Sequence record: NC_019405.1
Length of the DNA stretch: 64,000 nt
Direction: 5' to 3' (one strand)
Positions 47,463-53,172 of this stretch are shown here, piece by piece. A program made the translations under genes and the position numbers. The notes below the pieces were generated by a model that saw only the letters and a program-made list of their open reading frames with translations, searched no databases and was not told where the DNA came from. The first letter of the stretch is position 1. Every line of letters begins with the position of its first letter.

Positions 47463-47741
47463 ATGGCCGAGCTTGTCCGCATCTATCACCCCGAGACGAA
47501 CGAGCCGTTCGACGTGATCCCGTCGACCGCCGAACGTCTGCGCCTGGGTCAAGGTCTGGACGGTCTGGTGTGGCTCTCGCAGCCCTTCTCCCGCGCCGCT
47601 GCCGAAGAGCCGGCGCCGGAAGCCCCCAAGGGGCGAGGTCGTAAGCGCGTCGCCGCGCCCGTCTCGGACGAAGCCGAAGCCGAAGCCGAAGACGATGGCT
47701 GGCGTGACGCGCCGACCGAGGACGCTTCCGAAGCCGCGTAA
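47463..47741 (+). CDS. Hypothetical protein (92 aa)
   Basis: After GANTC promoter at 47394; GGAG RBS. Confidence 0.8.
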   Translation: MAELVRIYHPETNEPFDVIPSTAERLRLGQGLDGLVWLSQPFSRAAAEEPAPEAPKGRGRKRVAAPVSDEAEAEAEDDGWRDAPTEDASEAA

Positions 47742-47785
47742 GGCGCTTCCCCGTCCACTCTGCTGAAATTCGGTCTCAGTCCCAT

Positions 47786-47861
47786 GTCGGTCTAGCTCAT
47801 GGGGTAGAGCGGCGGTCTCCAAAACCGCGCGTGGCAGGTTCGAGTCCTGCGACCGGCGCCA
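47786..47861 (+). tRNA. tRNA-Trp(CCA)
   Basis: GCGGT-CTCCAAA-ACCGC arm, TTCGA loop, encoded CCA. Confidence 0.9.
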
Positions 47862-47866
47862 TTTCC

Positions 47867-47941
47867 GCGTCCATCGTATATGGGTTATTGCTTCGCGTTG
47901 CCAACGCGACGAACCGGGTTCGAGTCCCGGTGGACGCTCCA
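47867..47941 (+). tRNA. tRNA-Gly(GCC)
   Basis: TCGCG-TTGCCAA-CGCGA. Confidence 0.9.
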
Positions 47942-47947
47942 ATCCAG

Positions 47948-48021
47948 GCGGATATAGCTCAAAGGGAGAGCTACTGCCTTCCAAGCAGAAGATGCGGGTT
48001 CGAGCCCCGCTATCCGCTCCA
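47948..48021 (+). tRNA. tRNA-Gly(TCC)
   Basis: CTGC-CTTCCAA-GCAG, U73. Confidence 0.9.
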
Positions 48022-48080
48022 AAATTTTCTTCCACGACAAGCTTGACAGCCGTCGAGATTTGTGAGAGCCTTCAACCATT

Positions 48081-48143
48081 ATGACGCACCTCCTGACCCG
48101 TTACGAACGCGAGGCCACCGGCCTCGATACCACCACCGCCTAA
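48081..48143 (+). CDS. Candidate leader peptide (MTHLLTRYEREATGLDTTTA)
   Basis: Immediately after TTGACA...TGTGAGAGCC promoter; overlaps alternative hairpins. Confidence 0.45.
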   Translation: MTHLLTRYEREATGLDTTTA

Positions 48144-48177
48144 AAGCGGTTCTGGTAACCGAGGCCTTTTGTCATGT

Positions 48178-48255
48178 GGCCCGGTCGTCTAGCGGTTTGC
48201 AGGATTCGTGACTTTCAATCACGAGAGCGGAGTTCGAGTCTCCGTCGGGCCTCCA
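48178..48255 (+). tRNA. tRNA-Glu(TTC)
   Basis: CGTGA-CTTTCAA-TCACG. Confidence 0.9.
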
Positions 48256-48277
48256 CCCCAAAGCCTCCTCTGAGCTT

Positions 48278-48352
48278 GGTGCGTTCGTATATCGGTCAAT
48301 ACTCCGGATTGTCGATCCGGCAAGAGGGGTTCGATTCCCCTACGCACCGCCA
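48278..48352 (+). tRNA. tRNA-Asp(GTC)
   Basis: CCGGA-TTGTCGA-TCCGG. Confidence 0.9.
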
Positions 48353-48362
48353 GGGCTTTTCC

Positions 48363-48521
48363 ATGCCGCTCCAGTCGGGTTCGAGCGACGCCGTCGTCTC
48401 GCACAACATCGCCAAGCTGATCGACGAGGGCTACTCCAGGGAGCAGGCCGTGGCGATCGCCCTCTCCCAGGCGCGCAAGCCGCGCCGTCCGAAGGTCTCG
48501 CGCGGCTCGCGCCGGCGCTGA
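48363..48521 (+). CDS. Small conserved phage protein (MPL..G.S..V.S.NI..L..EG...[11 protein letters not shown] family, 52 aa)
   Basis: Recognisable small basic phage family. Confidence 0.8.
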   Translation: MPLQSGSSDAVVSHNIAKLIDEGYSREQAVAIALSQARKPRRPKVSRGSRRR

Positions 48522-48591
48522 CCTCGCCTCGCTAATGCAACCCAGGTTCCCGGCCTCATCGTGAGGCCGCCTGCGGTCGCGCGAGGCTTCC

Positions 48592-48816
48592 ATGACCTTT
48601 CTTGATCTTCGTTCGCAGTCGAGCGCCGTGCTCCTGCGCCATGTGTCTTCCCGATCCCCGATGGCGGAAGCGGCTCGCACCGAGTTGCTGACCCGAGGCC
48701 TCGTCCCGCTCCTCACGCGGCACAACGGCTGGCGCCTCGCCCCGAGCGAGCCCTTTCCGCAGCATCTCATCCCGCGCCCCGATCCGCTCGCGAGGTTCAC
48801 GTGGCGGGCGGGATGA
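48592..48816 (+). CDS. Hypothetical protein (74 aa)
   Basis: GAGG RBS. Confidence 0.45.
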   Translation: MTFLDLRSQSSAVLLRHVSSRSPMAEAARTELLTRGLVPLLTRHNGWRLAPSEPFPQHLIPRPDPLARFTWRAG

Positions 48817-48837
48817 GAGCCGTCTACAGACTATAGA

Positions 48838-49335
48838 CTAGAAAGTTTGGGCCTGGAACGCCCCCATAATGATGCCCGGAGAGGCATGTTCGATGAGCCA
48901 GTGGCGCCCCATCCAGCGAAGGAAGGCGGACAATGGCGTAATGTCTTCAGCGCCAGTCTCTTGATCGAAGGGCAAGATCGCGGACAAGCGAATCTCAAGG
49001 ATTCTACCATAGCTGTTGATGTTCGGATCAGGAGCGGTTGGATAGTAGAACAAAGGAGCGTGATAGATCGCCGGAGCCTGTGCTATGAGCTTAATGGGAG
49101 GCACTTGTATCGGCTCCTGATCCGCCATCGGGAAGGCGATCTTGGAGAACGTCAGGAGGAGGGTATCGCCGATCTTTTCACCGGGAGCGATAACACCCCA
49201 GCGATAATCGGCCGGCCCCGGAGGCGTTCCTGTCTCGGAGAAGGGCTCGGGAATGACATTGACGAGGCTCTCCCCATTCGGGTTCACGAACTCCGCCTTG
49301 TCGAAAGTCGCCGCGCGCAGGATTTTGTAGGACAT
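48838..49335 (-). CDS. Hypothetical protein, lower GC, inverted (165 aa)
   Basis: AGGAG RBS on the minus strand; atypical codons. Confidence 0.65.
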   Translation of the reverse strand: MSYKILRAATFDKAEFVNPNGESLVNVIPEPFSETGTPPGPADYRWGVIAPGEKIGDTLLLTFSKIAFPMADQEPIQVPPIKLIAQAPAIYHAPLFYYPTAPDPNINSYGRILEIRLSAILPFDQETGAEDITPLSAFLRWMGRHWLIEHASPGIIMGAFQAQTF

Positions 49336-49539
49336 AAGCTGCTCCTAAGGTTGAGACGTCCCATCGCTATCGGATTCGGTCCTCGGCTGACAGTGAATAT
49401 TTTTCTCACGACGTGCTTGACATTCGTTTGAAGTTGTGAGAGCCTGTCCAACGTCACGGATCACGACACTCCTCGGAGTGCAAAAGCGCGATCCTTCGTT
49501 ATTCCCAGGCCGCCAGCGGGCGGCCGTTCGAGAGCTATC

Positions 49540-49677
49540 ATGTTCGCCTTGTCGCATAACAGCCTGAGCACGAAAGCCGCCTCCCCGGCGTCGCTTTCGC
49601 TTGCCCCGCTGGCGACGGCCACGAAGCCCTCGACCAAGCCGACCACCTCGGCCTCGCACTCGACGGATCACCTCTAG
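49540..49677 (+). CDS. Candidate small Ala/Ser/Thr-rich peptide (45 aa)
   Basis: GAGAG RBS; lies between promoter 49417 and terminator 49744. Confidence 0.4.
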   Translation: MFALSHNSLSTKAASPASLSLAPLATATKPSTKPTTSASHSTDHL

Positions 49678-49742
49678 GGTATCTCGTCTCGGGTGCAGGC
49701 CTTGGAGCCGCACCCGCTACCAACATCCTGTTGACCTAGCGC

Positions 49743-49780
49743 AAGGCGGCTCCCAGCAAGGAGACCGCCTTTTCTTTTTC
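49743..49780 (+). terminator. Rho-independent terminator
   Basis: AAGGCGG-CTCC-CAGCAA-GGAG-A-CCGCCTT plus TTCTTTTT. Confidence 0.75.
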
Positions 49781-49791
49781 GCGTTGATCAT

Positions 49792-49867
49792 CGGGGTGTA
49801 GCTCAGTCGGTAGAGCGCTCGGTTCGGGACCGAGAGGCCGTGGGTTCGAGTCCCGCCACCCAGACCA
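49792..49867 (+). tRNA. tRNA-Pro(CGG)
   Basis: CTCGG-TTCGGGA-CCGAG. Confidence 0.9.
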
Positions 49868-49874
49868 ACGCCAT

Positions 49875-49949
49875 CGGGATGTAGCTCAGCGGTAGAGCGC
49901 GCGGCTGGGGGCCGCGAGGCCGCAGGTTCGAGACCTGCCACCCCGACCA
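49875..49949 (+). tRNA. tRNA-Pro(GGG)
   Basis: CGCGG-CTGGGGG-CCGCG. Confidence 0.9.
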
Positions 49950-49954
49950 ACAAC

Positions 49955-50027
49955 GCTGCTGCGCCTGGATTGGCGCCGGCCCCTTGGTATGGGGAAGTAG
50001 AAGGTTCAATTCCTTCCGGCAGCACCA
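49955..50027 (+). tRNA. tRNA-Thr(GGT), atypical D arm
   Basis: CCCC-TTGGTAT-GGGG; GCTGCTG/CGGCAGC acceptor. Confidence 0.75.
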
Positions 50028-50032
50028 ACAAC

Positions 50033-50102
50033 GCCGATGCCTCTAGGAGGGAACGTCTTTCGTAATGACGTCAGGTGGGTGCGATCCCCACTTTCGGCTC
50101 CA
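50033..50102 (+). tRNA. Degenerate tRNA-Thr(CGT)-like element
   Basis: GCCGA/TCGGC acceptor plus CCA; ACGTC..TTCGTAA..GACGT arm; T loop GTGCGAT. Confidence 0.5.
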
Positions 50103-50139
50103 TCAAGATGATCGAGGAGAGATCGTAGACGAAACAAAT

Positions 50140-50226
50140 GGATGTGTCACCTCAGTGGCGAGAGGACCGGGCTCTTAATCCGGCAGCGAAAGCTCATCGT
50201 GGGTTCGAGTCCCACCACATCCTCCA
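50140..50226 (+). tRNA. tRNA with Lys(CTT) anticodon and long variable arm (87 nt)
   Basis: CCGGG-CTCTTAA-TCCGG; V arm AGC-GAAA-GCT. Confidence 0.85.
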
Positions 50227-50232
50227 AACTAT

Positions 50233-50323
50233 GCACGAGTGACCCGAGCGGCGAAGGGCGTCGACTTTTAATCGACTAGGCGTCCGCGCCTCACCGAGGG
50301 TTCGAGTCCCTCCTCGTGCTCCA
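50233..50323 (+). tRNA. tRNA with Lys(TTT) anticodon and long variable arm (91 nt)
   Basis: GTCGA-CTTTTAA-TCGAC; V arm AGGCG..CGCCT. Confidence 0.85.
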
Positions 50324-50329
50324 GGTTGT

Positions 50330-50413
50330 GCGAAAGTGGCGGAACGGCAGACGCACTGGTCTCAGGTACCAGCGACTTCGGTCATGAGGGTTCGAATCCC
50401 TCCTTTCGTACCA
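50330..50413 (+). tRNA. tRNA-Leu(CAG)
   Basis: CTGGT-CTCAGGT-ACCAG, type II. Confidence 0.9.
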
Positions 50414-50420
50414 ACGACAT

Positions 50421-50505
50421 GCCGGTCTGGCGGAAATGGCAGACGCAGTGGCTTCAAGTCCCACCGCCTTCGGGCGTCCCGGTTCGAGGCCGGGGACCGG
50501 CACCA
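50421..50505 (+). tRNA. tRNA-Leu(CAA)
   Basis: Loop TTCAAGT, type II. Confidence 0.88.
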
Positions 50506-50510
50506 TTTGA

Positions 50511-50599
50511 TGCGAAGTGGCGGAACTTTGGTAGACGCACCGGCATGAGAGGCCGGCGCCCTTCGGGGCGTGAGGGTTCGAGTCCCTTCTTCGCGACCA
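50511..50599 (+). tRNA. tRNA-Leu(GAG)
   Basis: CCGGC-ATGAGAG-GCCGG, type II. Confidence 0.85.
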
Positions 50600-50606
50600 A
50601 TATCAT

Positions 50607-50678
50607 GCCGGACGGCGCAGGCGCGCGGGGGAGGTTGTGTCCCTCCTTGGCTCCGATCGTTACGGAGGTTCGGTTCCA
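50607..50678 (+). tRNA. Degenerate tRNA-His(GTG)-like element
   Basis: GCCGGAC/GTTCGGT acceptor plus CCA; GGAGG-TTGTGTC-CCTCC; CTCCG-ATCGTTA-CGGAG T arm. Confidence 0.55.
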
Positions 50679-50682
50679 TTAC

Positions 50683-50753
50683 GGGGTATGCGCAGGGCGC
50701 AGGCATCCTTTGCAAGGAAGTCGGGGTGGGTTCGAGTCCCACATACTCCACCA
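50683..50753 (+). tRNA. tRNA-Ala(TGC), reduced D arm
   Basis: G3.U70 acceptor; loop TTTGCAA. Confidence 0.75.
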
Positions 50754-50757
50754 ACAT

Positions 50758-50845
50758 GGTAGGTTGGCTGAGAGGCCGAAGGCGCCCGTTTCGAAAACGG
50801 GAGGACCGCAAGGTTCCGTGGGTTCGAATCCCACACCTACCTCCA
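50758..50845 (+). tRNA. tRNA-Ser(CGA)
   Basis: CCCGT-TTCGAAA-ACGGG, type II, U73. Confidence 0.9.
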
Positions 50846-50849
50846 ACAT

Positions 50850-50937
50850 GGATGTATGGCTGAGAGGCCGAAGGCGCCCGCTTGGAAAGCGGGTGAACCG
50901 CAAGGTTCCGTAGGTTCGAATCCTACTGCATCCGCCA
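50850..50937 (+). tRNA. tRNA-Ser(GGA)
   Basis: CCCGC-TTGGAAA-GCGGG, type II. Confidence 0.9.
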
Positions 50938-50941
50938 ACAG

Positions 50942-51028
50942 GGTAGGTGGTTCCGGCCTGGGGCCGGACCCGGTTGCTAACCGGCCGGAGCCGCAAGGCT
51001 TGGGGTTCGATTCCTCCTCCTACCGCCA
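50942..51028 (+). tRNA. tRNA-Ser(GCT), probable 8/4 fold with extended D stem
   Basis: CCGG-TTGCTAA-CCGG; D stem TCCGGC/GCCGGA. Confidence 0.8.
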
Positions 51029-51340
51029 TTTCGGTGTTGACACCCGCAACGCGGCCTGTCATACGTCACGACAGAGCGAACACCCCCCGGCCGGGTTTGT
51101 TGTCATACCGGGTCGTCACGCCCCGTCGGGGCTCTAGTAGCTCTTCGTGTGGAGTTTTCCGCCTCCCTCCCAGACAAGGAGGCGGACCCAACCAACATCG
51201 CGATCTCCCGTGATCGTCGGCGACGGGCGCCGTCAGAGACCTTTGCCTGCGCGGCTCCGCTGCGGCCCTGGTCTCGTCCCGACCAAATTTTTTCGTCGTG
51301 GTGCTTGACACTGCGAAACTGTTCTGCTAGGGTTCACGTC

Positions 51341-51439
51341 ATGAGCAAGACCTATCGTCAATTTGTGCGCCAGATTCAGGTCGTCCGGAATATCCGGGCG
51401 GGCCGCTCGCGCATGGCTGACGAAGGGTTCCGGGACTAG
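51341..51439 (+). CDS. Candidate near-leaderless small protein (32 aa, MSKTYRQFVRQIQVVRNIRAGRSRMADEGFRD)
   Basis: ATG 6 nt after TGCTAGGGT -10 of a TTGACA promoter; terminator 51468-51501. Confidence 0.45.
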   Translation: MSKTYRQFVRQIQVVRNIRAGRSRMADEGFRD

Positions 51440-51540
51440 GTCCCACTCCACGTTCAACCAGTTTCGCGAAGGCCCGCCTGGACACCCAGGCGGGCCTTTT
51501 CGCATTTCAGCTTCAGATCACGGAGATCGCCAACAGACAC

Positions 51541-51625
51541 GGATGCTTAAAGCTGGAGGGCTCCAGCCGGGGACTGTAAATCCCCTCTCTTCGGAGGAGT
51601 GGTTCGATCCCACAAGCATCCACCA
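51541..51625 (+). tRNA. tRNA-Tyr(GTA), 8/4 fold with 6-bp D stem
   Basis: GGATGCTT/AAGCATCC acceptor; GTGG/CCAC T stem; GGGGA-CTGTAAA-TCCCC. Confidence 0.85.
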
Positions 51626-51630
51626 ACCAC

Positions 51631-51706
51631 GGACTCGTAGCTCAGCAGGTAGAGCGCCGGCTTGAAACCCCGGAGGTCGGAGGTTCGATTCCTCCCGTTT
51701 CCACCA
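51631..51706 (+). tRNA. tRNA-Phe(GAA)
   Basis: Loop TTGAAAC; two acceptor mismatches. Confidence 0.8.
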
Positions 51707-51711
51707 ACAAC

Positions 51712-51787
51712 GCCCGATGAGCCAGATGGGAAGGCGCCGCCGTGACATGGCGGGATTGAGAAGGTTCGATTCCTTCATCAGGCACCA
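51712..51787 (+). tRNA. tRNA-Val(GAC)
   Basis: CCGCC-GTGACAT-GGCGG. Confidence 0.8.
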
Positions 51788-51789
51788 AT

Positions 51790-51865
51790 GCAAGTGTAGC
51801 TCAGTCGGTAGAGCAGCGGACCGATAATCCGCCTGTCCCTGGTTCGAGTCCAGGCATTTGCACCA
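51790..51865 (+). tRNA. tRNA-Ile(GAT)
   Basis: GCGGA-CCGATAA-TCCGC (C33). Confidence 0.85.
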
Positions 51866-51872
51866 ATTCTGA

Positions 51873-51947
51873 TGTGGCATAGCTCAGGGGTAGAGCGCGC
51901 GCTTGATAAGCGTGAGGTCGGGGGTTCGAAGCCCTCTGCCACTACCA
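51873..51947 (+). tRNA. tRNA-Ile(GAT), second copy
   Basis: CGCGC-TTGATAA-GCGTG. Confidence 0.85.
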
Positions 51948-51980
51948 GTTTCCAGGCCGGCGGAGATGCGCCGGACCTGA

Positions 51981-52056
51981 TGGCGTTTAGCATAGTGGGA
52001 GTGCAGGGGTGTCACATACCTCGATCGAACTGGTTCGATTCCAGTAACGCCAACCA
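51981..52056 (+). tRNA. tRNA-Val(CAC)
   Basis: GGGGT-GTCACAT-ACCTC. Confidence 0.8.
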
Positions 52057-52061
52057 ATCGT

Positions 52062-52135
52062 TGAGGGTTCGTCTAACGGTAGGACGGCTGGGTCTGGTCC
52101 AGCTAATCTAGGTTCGAGTCCTAGCCCCTCATCCA
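52062..52135 (+). tRNA. tRNA-Gln(CTG)
   Basis: GCTGG-GTCTGGT-CCAGC. Confidence 0.85.
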
Positions 52136-52142
52136 AGCTTGT

Positions 52143-52216
52143 TCTCGGGTGGTCTAATGGTAAGACATCTGGTTTTGGTCCAGAGGATTGGGGTTCGATT
52201 CCTTGGCCGAGAACCA
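52143..52216 (+). tRNA. tRNA-Gln(TTG)
   Basis: TCTGG-TTTTGGT-CCAGA. Confidence 0.85.
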
Positions 52217-52231
52217 ACTATTTGAGTTTAT

Positions 52232-52306
52232 TCCAGTCAATGCACAAGGTGTGCAGCGGCACTGTTAATGCCTGTGAGCCCGGTTCGATTCCGGGGTCTG
52301 GAGCCA
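52232..52306 (+). tRNA. tRNA-Asn(GTT)
   Basis: GGCA-CTGTTAA-TGCC. Confidence 0.85.
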
Positions 52307-52332
52307 ACACGTCGGCCTCGGCCGGCACATGC

Positions 52333-52415
52333 GCCCTGGTAACCGAGGGGGATTACGAATCCCTTAGTCGTAGCAGGAGTTGAAAAGGGTGGTTCGAATC
52401 CACTCCAGGGTGCCA
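52333..52415 (+). tRNA. D-armless tRNA-Arg(ACG)-like element with ~23-nt variable loop
   Basis: GCCCTGG/CCAGGGT acceptor plus GCCA; GGGA-TTACGAA-TCCC; GGTGG-TTCGAAT-CCACT. Confidence 0.65.
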
Positions 52416-52422
52416 AATTCAT

Positions 52423-52505
52423 AGCGCGCAGGCCGAGCAGGATCATCGTCAGGCGTCGCCCTCCGAAGGCGAAGAGGCCCGGTTCGAGTCCGGGGCGCGC
52501 TGCCA
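52423..52505 (+). tRNA. tRNA-Arg(CCG) with enlarged D loop
   Basis: TCGCC-CTCCGAA-GGCGA; AGCGCGC/GCGCGCT acceptor. Confidence 0.75.
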
Positions 52506-52508
52506 TTC

Positions 52509-52586
52509 GCGCGGGTAGCTCAATGGACCCAGAGCAGCCGTCTTCCACACGGAAGGTTGGGGGTTCGAATCCCTCCCCGTGCGCCA
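52509..52586 (+). tRNA. tRNA with Gly(TCC) anticodon, G3.U70 pair and G73
   Basis: GCGCGGG/CCCGTGC acceptor; CCGT-CTTCCAC-ACGG. Confidence 0.75.
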
Positions 52587-52949
52587 AACTTGACGGGCGA
52601 TGCCGAATCGCTCAGCTTCCCGATTGGCTCTCGATGGGCCGCCACTGCACGCCGCCGGCGCCCTCCCGGTACAAGGAGGGGCGCACGTCGGCGACGTTCC
52701 AACCCAGTTCCGGACGATCTTCGAACGCGGCCTGCCGTGGAGGGGTGCTGGAAGGGCCGGGGTTGTGGAAACCGTCGAGCATCTCCTACTCCGGATCGGG
52801 CCTCCTGGGGGCTCCTCCGGTCAACCAGGGCCTGACCCGACCCCGGAGATGCGCCGTCTACGATCACCCAGGACCGTCCTGGCGGTGGAAAGGGTCTGAA
52901 ATTTTTCTGGCGCTGATGTGTTGACACTCCTCGGAGGCTCGGCTAAAAC

Positions 52950-53052
52950 CAGCAGCGTCAGAGCGGCGTTGGACCACGAGGTCCGCCGCGAGCTTCTGCG
53001 TTGTCGTCAGGAACGGCCCGCCAGCAATCCCGCTGGCGGGTCGTTTCGTTTT
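52950..53052 (+). ncRNA. Candidate ~100-nt small RNA
   Basis: TTGACA (52921)/GCTAAA promoter, long hairpin, terminator CCCGCCAGC-AATCCC-GCTGGCGGG plus T-tract; no ORF. Confidence 0.5.
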
Positions 53053-53172
53053 GGGCGCAATGCGACGTTCAGTCCAACCATGGGTAGTGTCATGAATCTT
53101 GACTTTCGGCTCTTATTCCGGTAGCTTTCCCGACATCAGCAAACGCTCACAAGTCGGGGACCGAGAGCCGTC

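Noticed and set aside
49455-49500. c-di-GMP (GEMM) riboswitch
   Set aside because: GCAAAA is present, but the GNRA/receptor architecture and conserved P1/P2 sequences are missing.
49450-49790. tmRNA or RNase P RNA
   Set aside because: Size fits, but there is no T arm/CCA acceptor, no tag-like reading frame, and no GAGGAAAGTCC or other RNase P core.
47786-52586. Suppressor (CTA/TTA/TCA anticodon) tRNAs or genetic-code reassignment
   Set aside because: No stop-reading anticodons were found, and genes end normally at TAA, TAG and TGA.
52664-52680. CsrA/RsmA site (GTACAAGGA)
   Set aside because: The GGA is base-paired rather than looped, and Caulobacter-type hosts are not known to me to use CsrA; kept only as a repeated hairpin.
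52950-53010. SRP (4.5S) RNA
   Set aside because: Lacks the GGAA tetraloop and the GCAG/AGG internal-loop motif.
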